Virus record (IMG/VR): IMGVR_UViG_3300032313_001035
DNA from: a virus
Reading direction: 5' to 3' (one strand)
DNA: 64,000 bases
Each line of letters opens with the position of its first letter. The stretch's first letter is position 1. Positions 49,354 through 58,120 of the stretch are shown one piece after another. Made by a program: the position numbers and the translations under genes. A model generated the notes under the pieces. The model did not search any database, was not told the DNA's origin, and was given only the letters and a program-made list of their open reading frames with translations.

Positions 49354-50253
49354 ATGGAATCGCCTATTGACAAACTCATAAAAATTAATAATTATGATAT
49401 GTCTAAAATTTTTGCGTGGGTAAATTCCGATTTGGATGGTATAGGTTCTACCATCTTGTTGGGTAATTTATTTAAAAATTTTGAATATCGTCACTGTTTC
49501 TTTGGTAATTTCGAAGAGCAATATCTGCTATGGGCTAAGGATAATGCGGTAGATTACGATAAAATTTTCATCGTTGGTATGGTTTTGGATCAAAATCTTG
49601 TCAAAAAAATAGATGACCAGAGAGTAGTATTTGTATCCGACCGAAATGAACAATTTAAAACATGGGATTCTACCATTATTCATGATGAATGTTCATCTTG
49701 CACAAAATTATTATATAAAAAATTTAAAGAAAAGATTGAATTTACTAAAAATTTGAAAAAATTCTTTCTTTATGTTGATGATTACAATTCGTATGAATTG
49801 AAACACGAAGAAACCAAATATCTAAACGCATTTTATAGAAAATCTGGAGCTAATCGTTTTATTAATTTTGTAAATCGTTTCTGGAACGGTTTTGACGGGT
49901 TTAAAAAATCAGAAGTCAAACTTGCCGATGCATTCTTTAAAGAATTAGATAAAGAATTATCCGAAATCACCCTTTACAAGGGAGAATGGAGTGGTTATAA
50001 TATCGTCTCCACCATATCAAAATTTTCGGTTAATGAATTAGCACACTCTATTATGACCAATTACAATGGTGACGCTGTTATCATCATGAATCCAGATACT
50101 CAGTTTGTTTCATTCAGAAAATATAAAGGTTCTGGTATTGATATTGTTAAAATTGCAAATATACTATGCGATGGTGGCGGTGGCGAATGGGCAGCAGGTG
50201 GCAAGATCACCAAGGAATTTTTAAAATTTAGCGAAACTTTGAAAGAAATTTAA
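49354..50253 (+). CDS. DHH/DHHA1-family protein with degenerate catalytic motifs
   Basis: SDLDG, DDYNSY, VSFR, GGGGEWAAGG; DHH motif absent; alternative start 49399. Confidence 0.75.
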   Translation: MESPIDKLIKINNYDMSKIFAWVNSDLDGIGSTILLGNLFKNFEYRHCFFGNFEEQYLLWAKDNAVDYDKIFIVGMVLDQNLVKKIDDQRVVFVSDRNEQFKTWDSTIIHDECSSCTKLLYKKFKEKIEFTKNLKKFFLYVDDYNSYELKHEETKYLNAFYRKSGANRFINFVNRFWNGFDGFKKSEVKLADAFFKELDKELSEITLYKGEWSGYNIVSTISKFSVNELAHSIMTNYNGDAVIIMNPDTQFVSFRKYKGSGIDIVKIANILCDGGGGEWAAGGKITKEFLKFSETLKEI

Positions 50254-50255
50254 TT

Positions 50256-50567
50256 ATGATTAATCCATCTGATTCTATAGTCGAGGAAGAAATAAATCAC
50301 CTTTTTCTGTGTTTCTGCACATTTGTGAACAACTTGAAAGGTAAGAAATTATCAATTCAAAACGTATTTGTGACCACTTTGCAGGAAGAAAAATTAAAAA
50401 CAATATTGAAAACTATTTTATCTCTTGATTCTGACCAAGAACTTGTTAAAGTGTTCTTGGAATACGATCCAACTATCGCAAAATCTAAGTATGTTACCAA
50501 ATTCATCAACAATTTAAGTAAAGCGAATAAGAGTAGAAATGACAAAACTCCAACAAAGAATATATAA
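50256..50567 (+). CDS. Hypothetical protein
   Basis: 103 aa in the operon leading to gp32. Confidence 0.65.
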   Translation: MINPSDSIVEEEINHLFLCFCTFVNNLKGKKLSIQNVFVTTLQEEKLKTILKTILSLDSDQELVKVFLEYDPTIAKSKYVTKFINNLSKANKSRNDKTPTKNI

Positions 50568-51168
50568 TTCACATTTGGCAATTTCTCGTAAAAAAAGAAA
50601 TAAACCATTTAGAATTAGAAAAGATTTTTCGTCATTAGAGACTCATACCATCGATAAATTGGCAGCACTAGAAAGATTTTTTCTAGGACATCCATCGGTA
50701 AACATTGATGAATATTTCACATCTCCTTATGAAATTTTTGAAGATGATGAATATTTCGATTTAGATTTTTACCTTACATCCAAAGCTAAAAAAGCTTATT
50801 CTCAATACATGAAAAAGTTAGAGATTAGTGATCCTGATACGGAAGCTAGTTTGAAACGCCTTATTGACGGATTAAAATTCGTCAAAACATTTTGCCGAGA
50901 AAAAAACTTGACTCTGGAAAAATATCATGTATATATAGAGAGTAATCTGCCTTGCGTCATCGAGCATTTAAAGAATCACAATATTAACATGTATTGTCTA
51001 CATGCTTTAGGTATTACGAAGATCGATGTGGAGAATAGAGTTTTGGATTTTATTTTTTCTGATTTCTGGACAACTTTTCAGAAGACAAAAAATAAATTCT
51101 TCCTGAGTGGGAAGATGAAAGAACTCGCAAAACAAGCAATAACTAAAATACAACAACAACTAAAATAA
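50539..51168 (+). CDS. Hypothetical protein, positional candidate for gp59 helicase loader
   Basis: 209 aa helical protein immediately upstream of gp32; function inferred from synteny only. Confidence 0.5.
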   Translation: MTKLQQRIYNSHLAISRKKRNKPFRIRKDFSSLETHTIDKLAALERFFLGHPSVNIDEYFTSPYEIFEDDEYFDLDFYLTSKAKKAYSQYMKKLEISDPDTEASLKRLIDGLKFVKTFCREKNLTLEKYHVYIESNLPCVIEHLKNHNINMYCLHALGITKIDVENRVLDFIFSDFWTTFQKTKNKFFLSGKMKELAKQAITKIQQQLK

Positions 51169-52106
51169 TGTCAACAAAAACAAAAGCAAAATTCGGCGGT
51201 GCAGCAATGTTCGAATCGATCAAAGCAGCATTGAATAAATCAAAAGATGGCGCTAGCGCACAATTCGGTAATATTCTGAAATGCCCAGATGGTCATACTT
51301 ATACCCTGAGACTTGTTCCTAATGTGGAAAATCCTGAAAAGACATTTTTCCATCACTGGGTTCATGGTTGGAACAGCAAATCGTCTGGTTCTTACATGAG
51401 TCACATTGGTCTCCAAACTTTCGATGAAAGAGATCCTATCTCCGAACTTCGTTGGAAACTCTGGAAATCTTGGAGAGATGTTAATCCAAAAGCTGACTCC
51501 AAAGATTATGTTGCAGATATTACGCAGAAAGAAAACTGGTTCGTGAATGTTTACGTTATCGATGATCCATCGAATCCAAACAATAACGGAACTGTAAAAA
51601 TTCTTCGTATGGGACCACAACTTAAAAAAATCGTGGATGAGGCTACGGAAGGTGATAGATCTGATGAACTTGGATTGGACATTTTCGATCTTTCCAAAGG
51701 TCATGATTTGAAAATCAAGGCTGAGAAGAAAGGTGTTTATACCACATTCGAATCGTCATTCTTCACTACGAAATCCAAGACTGTATTGGATGATGAAGAG
51801 ATTGACAAGATCCACTCCAACATTCATGATTTGGAATCTGTTTATCCTGTGAAAACTTATGATGAACTTCAAGAGATTCTGAACGAACATTTTTTCATCG
51901 GTGCTGAAAAAGAAACACCAAAACCTCTTTCTAAAATCACTTCGAAAGCACCTGTTGCTAGCGACGATGAAGATGAGGATGATGATATTCCAATGTTTCA
52001 TGAAACGAAGAAAACAAAAACTCAACCTGTAACCAAAGTTCAAAAAGTTCAAGAAGATGACGACGATGTTAATATCGACGACCTCCTTGATGAATTGGAC
52101 AACTAA
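51168..52106 (+). CDS. gp32: ssDNA-binding protein gp32
   Basis: LRLVP, FFHHWVHG, DPI, NVYVIDDP..NNGTVKIL, FDL..G..LKIK, acidic C-tail. Confidence 0.92.
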   Translation: MSTKTKAKFGGAAMFESIKAALNKSKDGASAQFGNILKCPDGHTYTLRLVPNVENPEKTFFHHWVHGWNSKSSGSYMSHIGLQTFDERDPISELRWKLWKSWRDVNPKADSKDYVADITQKENWFVNVYVIDDPSNPNNNGTVKILRMGPQLKKIVDEATEGDRSDELGLDIFDLSKGHDLKIKAEKKGVYTTFESSFFTTKSKTVLDDEEIDKIHSNIHDLESVYPVKTYDELQEILNEHFFIGAEKETPKPLSKITSKAPVASDDEDEDDDIPMFHETKKTKTQPVTKVQKVQEDDDDVNIDDLLDELDN

Positions 52107-52118
52107 TACATAACCAAG

Positions 52119-52140
52119 CCCCCCTCTAAAAAGAGGGGGG
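52119..52140 (+). terminator. GC-rich hairpin after gp32 (terminator or 3' stabiliser)
   Basis: CCCCCCTCT-AAAA-AGAGGGGGG, perfect 9-bp stem; no U-tract. Confidence 0.6.
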
Positions 52141-52152
52141 TATAACATATAT

Positions 52153-52614
52153 ATGAGCAATATCCCAGAAGAAATAGAAGCAATGGCATTTTTTATCGGT
52201 CAATCTAATCAGATTGATAATATGATGATAGAAAAACCATCAACCTTGGTAACATCTGCTGATACCCTTAAACAAGGTATGCATGAATATCTATCGCGAC
52301 AACGTAGAATGCAGACACCACCCCCTCAACCGCCGCCATCACCCATAGCACCCCCACCTTCAAATTTGAATACTCCCACCAATCATGTAGTGCATACCGC
52401 AGCACCTGCTCCTACGCCTATTCAAGAATCTAATGATGACCAATTGGAATTTAATTTCGATCCGAAACTGGGGGAACAGGTGATCGACTTACTGAAAGAA
52501 ATATCACTAAAACTTACAAAACAACTAAACATTTTAGAAAAAAAATATGAAAATAAATCTTCAAAAGACACCGTTACAGTCCTTCCTGTCGAGTTTGTCG
52601 ATGATTCAAGATAA
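52153..52614 (+). CDS. Proline-rich hypothetical protein
   Basis: PPPQPPPSP linker, DDQLEFNF motif. Confidence 0.65.
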   Translation: MSNIPEEIEAMAFFIGQSNQIDNMMIEKPSTLVTSADTLKQGMHEYLSRQRRMQTPPPQPPPSPIAPPPSNLNTPTNHVVHTAAPAPTPIQESNDDQLEFNFDPKLGEQVIDLLKEISLKLTKQLNILEKKYENKSSKDTVTVLPVEFVDDSR

Positions 52615-53254
52615 ATGCGTCTTGATGTTGAAAGATGACGGCATACATGGTATTACATCTAGTAAAGATAATACCATGTATGCATATGCTAGTCTCGAAG
52701 GTGAGTATGAAGAGGGTCGATTGAATCTACCATCACTTGAAAAGTTATCCAAAGCTTTGTCGATGGTTAGAGAAGAAGATATTGCCATGACGTTAAAGGG
52801 GAATCATTTGGAATATAAAAACAATGAACTCAAATTTAAATACCACCTACATGAAGATGGTGTTATATCGATGCCTAATTTGTCTTTGAATAAAATCAGA
52901 AGTTTTTCCTTCGATATTGAATTCAAACTAGATATGGATTTCATGTCTAGTCTTTTGCAAAAATCCTCTATCACGAATACTAAAAAATTATATATCTATA
53001 CTGAAGACGATAATTTAGTATGGAAGTTAGGAGATGACACGGTTCCGAACAGTGATTCGATCTGTGTTGTTGGCGAAGAGGTAAGTTTTGATCTCAAGCC
53101 TTTTATTATGAAAGTAGACGACTTGAAATTAATAACTAAAGTATCAAAATATAACAATATTTTTAAAATTAATTCCAAGATGGGCATTGGTGCTATCATT
53201 AGTAAAAATGACTATTTCGGTATTCAATACATTTTTTCATCTATTAGAAATTAA
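52547..53254 (+). CDS. gp45: Sliding clamp gp45-like
   Basis: 235 aa with a two-domain alpha/beta clamp pattern (FLSSLSMI.., NLPSLEKLSKALS), in the replication module. Confidence 0.7.
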   Translation: MKINLQKTPLQSFLSSLSMIQDKCVLMLKDDGIHGITSSKDNTMYAYASLEGEYEEGRLNLPSLEKLSKALSMVREEDIAMTLKGNHLEYKNNELKFKYHLHEDGVISMPNLSLNKIRSFSFDIEFKLDMDFMSSLLQKSSITNTKKLYIYTEDDNLVWKLGDDTVPNSDSICVVGEEVSFDLKPFIMKVDDLKLITKVSKYNNIFKINSKMGIGAIISKNDYFGIQYIFSSIRN

Positions 53255-53256
53255 TC

Positions 53257-53514
53257 ATGGCTGCTATAAACGAAATTACAGGAAAGGCTATTAAAACTAG
53301 TCCACAGAATTCAAAATATGCCGAAAATTGGGATAAAATTTTTGCCAAAAAATCTTCCAACGAATGGCTAAAGGAATGCCAAGATGTTGTGCTACTAGAT
53401 CCTGATGGATGGCGACAGAATGATGGTGTTGATATGGATACACCTATTAAATGGTCAGATTTCCAATATAGATTATCACTTTCGACTGTAAAGTGTAACA
53501 TTGAGAAAATTTAG
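53257..53514 (+). CDS. Hypothetical protein
   Basis: NEITGKAIKT..YAENWDKIF; LDPDGW. Confidence 0.65.
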   Translation: MAAINEITGKAIKTSPQNSKYAENWDKIFAKKSSNEWLKECQDVVLLDPDGWRQNDGVDMDTPIKWSDFQYRLSLSTVKCNIEKI

Positions 53515-53549
53515 TTGAATATTAAAAATATTGTAATAAGTAATTATGT

Positions 53550-53879
53550 ATGAAAAATAATATCGCCACTCAAGGTTATTTCGTTAAAAGATTGAGAGAT
53601 TCTGGATTTGTAGTTGTCAAATTATTTGATAAATATGCACAACATGATCCAAGAAAATGGACAGTTATGGTCGATCCTAGTAACACATCTGTCCTTATAA
53701 CTTGCTATCAAAATAAAGAATTTAAAGGCGATGTTTTGTTTGAGATTAATGATGGTGGTAATAGATTTTTTAAAAATTACAACCTCAAAACTCAAAGTAT
53801 GGAAATTGTTATTATCACTTTACTCGAAAAAGGTGTTTGCCAACTTGAACAAAATTCTGAGTATGTGAAAGATAAGTAA
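53550..53879 (+). CDS. Hypothetical protein
   Basis: YFVKRLRDSGF..DPRKWTVMVDP. Confidence 0.7.
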   Translation: MKNNIATQGYFVKRLRDSGFVVVKLFDKYAQHDPRKWTVMVDPSNTSVLITCYQNKEFKGDVLFEINDGGNRFFKNYNLKTQSMEIVIITLLEKGVCQLEQNSEYVKDK

Positions 53880-53883
53880 TAAT

Positions 53884-54195
53884 ATGGAGAAGCCCGAAGA
53901 TGACAAGGAAGGGATTTTTGTGGATGATAAAGTGATAGAAATTCTTAGAGAATCACTAAAACACAAATTAAAAAAAGAACGAAAATATAACAAAAAAAGT
54001 TTTAATAGTGTTGTAAAAGCTACATTACAAGAATTTTTATCTTGTGCTAAGTTGTTGGGATATGATCTAGATGGAAATGTGGTGGAAATTACATTTTTCG
54101 GGAATAAAATGGAAGATGCCGCTTTACAAAATCTTTTCGTCCAAAAATTTGGAGAATACTTGCAATCAAAAGCGACTGTTATAGATGATATTTGA
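53884..54195 (+). CDS. Hypothetical protein
   Basis: TAAGTA-N5-ATG; EFL..LLGYDLDG. Confidence 0.65.
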   Translation: MEKPEDDKEGIFVDDKVIEILRESLKHKLKKERKYNKKSFNSVVKATLQEFLSCAKLLGYDLDGNVVEITFFGNKMEDAALQNLFVQKFGEYLQSKATVIDDI

Positions 54196-54469
54196 TTTTT
54201 TAGATAAAATGAAAAAGGGCAGCGTTTATGCTGTCCAAGTTGGCGATTACATTGGGCAATTCTTTAATTATGTGAAGAAGGATGACTCTAATTATTTTTT
54301 CTTATCTACTCCAAATGTGGAAATAGTAAAAGTCCCAAAAGAAAAATTTGACTTTGCATTGAATAATGGTATTATTGAATACGTTGAAACTCTCCCAAGA
54401 AATATCTTCAAAGTTATTAAAGCGCAATACCAGCAATTATCAGAAACAAATGGTAAAAATACCTTCTGA
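54185..54469 (+). CDS. Hypothetical protein
   Basis: 94 aa, overlaps both neighbours. Confidence 0.6.
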   Translation: MIFDFLDKMKKGSVYAVQVGDYIGQFFNYVKKDDSNYFFLSTPNVEIVKVPKEKFDFALNNGIIEYVETLPRNIFKVIKAQYQQLSETNGKNTF

Positions 54470-55478
54470 TTATGTGGTATCGAAGTTTTATGAGTATGGT
54501 TACAAAGTAACCCATAATACTTACAACGAAACTTACCAATGTTGTTGCCCTCTTTGTAAAGAGGGTAAAAGTTGGGGACTCAAGAAAAGATGTTTCTATA
54601 TACCCAAAAATGAGTTAATTTATTGTCATAATTGTGGTTGGTCGTCCAAACCATATAAATGGATAAAAGAAGTTTCTGGATTATCCTATGATGAGATTGT
54701 ATCGGAAATAACTAATGGTGATTTCGGTGTTATTAATGTATTGGAATTACAGGAAAGCAACAGTGTAACACCATCTAAGGTATTACCCACTCTACCTACT
54801 GACAGTATTAATCTTTTTGATAAAGCACAAACCGATTATTATAAAAATAATAAAATTGTTCAGGATGCTTTAGATTATATCAAGAGTAGACGATTGAATA
54901 ATGCCATCAACAAACCAGATGCTTTTTATTTATCGTTGAAAGACGAAGTTCATCGTAAACGTCTGATCATACCTTTTAAAAACACTGATAATAAAATCGT
55001 GTTTTATCAATCCAGACGATTGATGGATGATGAGTCGCCGACTTACTTATCAAAAGATGGGGGCGACAAGACATTATTTGGCATCGAACGAATAAATCCT
55101 GATTTGGATACTATATTCATCACTGAAGGACCGTTAGATGCGTGTTTTGTTAAAAATGGTGTAGGGTTGGGTGGTATTAGTAAGAAAAATCATTTATTTA
55201 CTCAAGAACAACAATCTCAAATGGATGGTTTGAAATTCTTTAATCGCATTTGGGTATTGGATAGTCAATGGATTGATGAGACCGCCAGAGAAAAGTCCTT
55301 ACAGCTAATACAAATGGGCGAGACTGTTTTCATATGGCCCGAATACGATGGTCGTAAATTTAAAGATTTGAATGAGATGTGTGTTGCTTATGAAACTAAC
55401 GAATACCCGACAGATCTCATAATAAAAAATAGCCACAAGGGACTTGCGGCTATTGTGAAAATGAAGTTGATTAAATAA
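54450..55478 (+). CDS. gp61: DNA primase gp61
   Basis: Zn finger CPLC..CHNC, RLIIPF, TOPRIM ITEGPLD, KDLNE; start probably 54450. Confidence 0.93.
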   Translation: MVKIPSDYVVSKFYEYGYKVTHNTYNETYQCCCPLCKEGKSWGLKKRCFYIPKNELIYCHNCGWSSKPYKWIKEVSGLSYDEIVSEITNGDFGVINVLELQESNSVTPSKVLPTLPTDSINLFDKAQTDYYKNNKIVQDALDYIKSRRLNNAINKPDAFYLSLKDEVHRKRLIIPFKNTDNKIVFYQSRRLMDDESPTYLSKDGGDKTLFGIERINPDLDTIFITEGPLDACFVKNGVGLGGISKKNHLFTQEQQSQMDGLKFFNRIWVLDSQWIDETAREKSLQLIQMGETVFIWPEYDGRKFKDLNEMCVAYETNEYPTDLIIKNSHKGLAAIVKMKLIK

Positions 55479-55484
55479 TCAAAC

Positions 55485-55907
55485 TTATTTGGTATTTTTG
55501 CTTGGGCTGAACAATTCCCGTAATGCCGCTAAATCAGCAGCAATTTTTGCGATTCGTTCTTGGTGTTTTTGAAGTTTGCCGAGAACTGATTGTGGGTTTG
55601 CATTTTTCAAAGTCATTTGAATACTGGTAGACTGCTCCCCATTAATATATTTGGTGAATTCGTCGATATTAGTAGACCATTTATCCAAAAGACTACCCAT
55701 TTCTTGGTTTTGACGAGCCAACGGATCATCTGCGTTATTAATAGCATTCGGATCGGGTTCCATATCTACATCATAATCATCGATCCCTACATCATCGATA
55801 CCATCCATAGAAGATTCAGCGGCATCTCTCTCCATAGTAGGATCGAAATCTAATTCAGGTGCTTCTTTGAGTAATTTAAGAAATTTTGATTTGAATTTGT
55901 TCGTCAT
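55485..55907 (-). CDS. Acidic late protein
   Basis: MTNKFKSKFLKLLKEA; TAAATA-N5. Confidence 0.7.
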   Translation of the reverse strand: MTNKFKSKFLKLLKEAPELDFDPTMERDAAESSMDGIDDVGIDDYDVDMEPDPNAINNADDPLARQNQEMGSLLDKWSTNIDEFTKYINGEQSTSIQMTLKNANPQSVLGKLQKHQERIAKIAADLAALRELFSPSKNTK

Positions 55908-55912
55908 GTTAT

Positions 55913-55936
55913 TATTTAGTAAAAAATTATTAAATA
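55913..55936. promoter_or_regulatory. Back-to-back late promoters
   Basis: TAAATA minus 55913-55918 and plus 55931-55936, both N5-ATG. Confidence 0.75.
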
Positions 55937-55941
55937 TCTAT

Positions 55942-56307
55942 ATGGCAGCTTCAAATTCTCCTTATTCAACCGCTTTGGCATCAGGCGCTATCGATTTAGA
56001 TTTCAAAAGTAGTTTGAATCCTTCGCAGCAAATGCTTAAATATAAAACAGAAGAGTTGGACGCTATTGCTCCTAATGTTTTACCTTACGAATTCAGAGAA
56101 CTTCCTCAGAATTTAGCAGCAATTATCGATAATGCTTTTGATGCGTCCTCAACATTGGAAAATGTTTTGAAAATTAAAAAATACCAAGAAAGTAGTGAAT
56201 TATTGAAACTCAAAGAGAATCTTGAGCAAATCGTAATGTATTTTACGAGAAAAAGTGATAAAATTTTGTCAAAATACACTATTGGCTTGCAAGGCGATAA
56301 AAACTAA
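55942..56307 (+). CDS. Hypothetical late protein
   Basis: Start MAASNSP at 55942, TAAATA-N5. Confidence 0.65.
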   Translation: MAASNSPYSTALASGAIDLDFKSSLNPSQQMLKYKTEELDAIAPNVLPYEFRELPQNLAAIIDNAFDASSTLENVLKIKKYQESSELLKLKENLEQIVMYFTRKSDKILSKYTIGLQGDKN

Positions 56308-56313
56308 TGTATC

Positions 56314-56841
56314 ATGCTCGACATGATGAGTAAAACGCATATAAAACACACGATGCTGGGATTAGCAGTATCGGTAGGAATAGGGTACAGTATATCGTCT
56401 GGGGGTGAAGATTTTATTAAAAAATCTATTATATCTGCTATAGGATATTCTTTTGGATATTTTTATTTTCTGAATAAAAAGAACAAAGACGCTAAAATTC
56501 AATCTTTGGAAGAACTTTTAGAAGAGAAAAAAGTTGATCAAAGGGTTGAAGTTTTAGAAAACATGCTACAAGAATCTGATGATGTCATATCCAATCAAGA
56601 AGAAGTTCTGAGACATTATGAGAATTTGTTAGACGATGCTGCTGTGAGATTCTCCTGTAATTGTGGGAAAAATACATTCGAAGGAATATTCAAACCAGCA
56701 GGATCATATATTGTAGAATGTGAATTTTGTAAAAACAAATACAATATTGATTTAAAGTTAGAAACTGCCTTGATCACCGAACCAATAGAAGATCTTAACA
56801 TTGATAAACTTATTAGAGAAAACACAAATGATAACAATTAA
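56314..56841 (+). CDS. Membrane protein with coiled coil and Cys4 zinc ribbon
   Basis: Two hydrophobic segments, heptads, CNCG...CEFC. Confidence 0.7.
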   Translation: MLDMMSKTHIKHTMLGLAVSVGIGYSISSGGEDFIKKSIISAIGYSFGYFYFLNKKNKDAKIQSLEELLEEKKVDQRVEVLENMLQESDDVISNQEEVLRHYENLLDDAAVRFSCNCGKNTFEGIFKPAGSYIVECEFCKNKYNIDLKLETALITEPIEDLNIDKLIRENTNDNN

Positions 56842-57058
56842 TACAAAAAAAGGTGCGGTGGAAATGTCCTTGAGTGAATTTTCGAGATGGGCATGTTTAG
56901 TAGAGGCTTTAATTTTTATTAGCGAAAAAGCAAAAGAGCTTAATATATCAGCGAAACATCTCGTAAAACCCAACGCTTTGGAGCAGTATATAAACGAGAG
57001 ATACCATTCAGTATTTGCAGATGTGAAATATGAATATAATACTGGTATGTTAAAATAA
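56828..57058 (+). CDS. Hypothetical protein
   Basis: MITINTKKG..RWACLVEA..YINER. Confidence 0.6.
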   Translation: MITINTKKGAVEMSLSEFSRWACLVEALIFISEKAKELNISAKHLVKPNALEQYINERYHSVFADVKYEYNTGMLK

Positions 57059-57688
57059 TTAAAACCCTAGAGTATTACAATTTTCATCAGGGCAACCTAC
57101 AAAGTTTGGTATCACCACACTAATAACAGGTGTTATGGTGACAGCTGACGGCGATGTTGTTGTGGTGATAACAGGTGCTGCCGCTAATCTGAATTCGAAA
57201 TTGAACGGTGACACTCGTGGTGGTCTTGAAAAGTTTACCACGAGTGGTTTAATATTGGTTACTGTTCTATTTATTGTAGAATCATCTCTAAAAGATGGTA
57301 TTATATTCGATGAACTGACTGATATAAATAAACTAACAGTGAAGCAATCGGAATTATCATTGCATAATATTACAGTTCCGTTATCAAAAGAATCTATTGT
57401 TAGAAAATCACTAACATAAACATTACCATCTTCTTCGCTGGCGAATCTTATATATATTTTATAAGATTCATTGTTGTAATCTTGAACAGTAAAAGTTTGT
57501 GTTATTGACCCGAGATTATCATAAATATAAGAATCGTATTGATCATATATTAACTCGTTTTCATCATCCGCTCTGCTTACTAATATTAAAGGGGGGAATT
57601 TGTTCACTAAAGTGGCGACATTTTCATTATCACCAGTGTAACTATCCAATGATAAAGAGACAGAATTGTCAGTAAAATATGCAGCCAT
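57059..57688 (-). CDS. Probable tail-associated protein
   Basis: S/T/D-rich; last gene of the tail operon. Confidence 0.55.
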   Translation of the reverse strand: MAAYFTDNSVSLSLDSYTGDNENVATLVNKFPPLILVSRADDENELIYDQYDSYIYDNLGSITQTFTVQDYNNESYKIYIRFASEEDGNVYVSDFLTIDSFDNGTVILCNDNSDCFTVSLFISVSSSNIIPSFRDDSTINRTVTNIKPLVVNFSRPPRVSPFNFEFRLAAAPVITTTTSPSAVTITPVISVVIPNFVGCPDENCNTLGF

Positions 57689-57697
57689 GTGAAAATA

Positions 57698-58114
57698 TTA
57701 CAATAATATTTTAGGGATAGTAGCTTTAATACGGTTCAAATTATTTGGCAGAGATGTTGATGTTACATCTCTCAAAGCATTTTTTTGTGCTACAATATTC
57801 AATTGCATTTCGGTATTACCGTCTTCGAGTGCTCTCATATAAGCCAAATCGAGTGCTTCTAGTTTAGGTTTACGTAATTCTCTCCAATGATTTCGTTGGA
57901 TATCTTTAGCTTTTTCTATATTGACCGATATGCTACCATTTGATAATTCCCATGCGCCTCTGAAATAGTAATCAGTGGGTAAATCTTCTCTGTTTAAAAT
58001 TGCGTAATCTGTATCGAATGGTATCAAATTTAGCAACGATGTAATATCGTTTACATCTTTACTAGGCACTATAAAGGAAACTGTATCTGCGGTTTTATAT
58101 GCTATAATACTCAT
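57698..58114 (-). CDS. Tail fibre assembly chaperone-like protein
   Basis: DLPTDYYFRGAW, RELRKPKLEALD..YMRALE, KNALRDVT; follows the fibre gene. Confidence 0.75.
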   Translation of the reverse strand: MSIIAYKTADTVSFIVPSKDVNDITSLLNLIPFDTDYAILNREDLPTDYYFRGAWELSNGSISVNIEKAKDIQRNHWRELRKPKLEALDLAYMRALEDGNTEMQLNIVAQKNALRDVTSTSLPNNLNRIKATIPKILL

Positions 58115-58120
58115 AATTTA

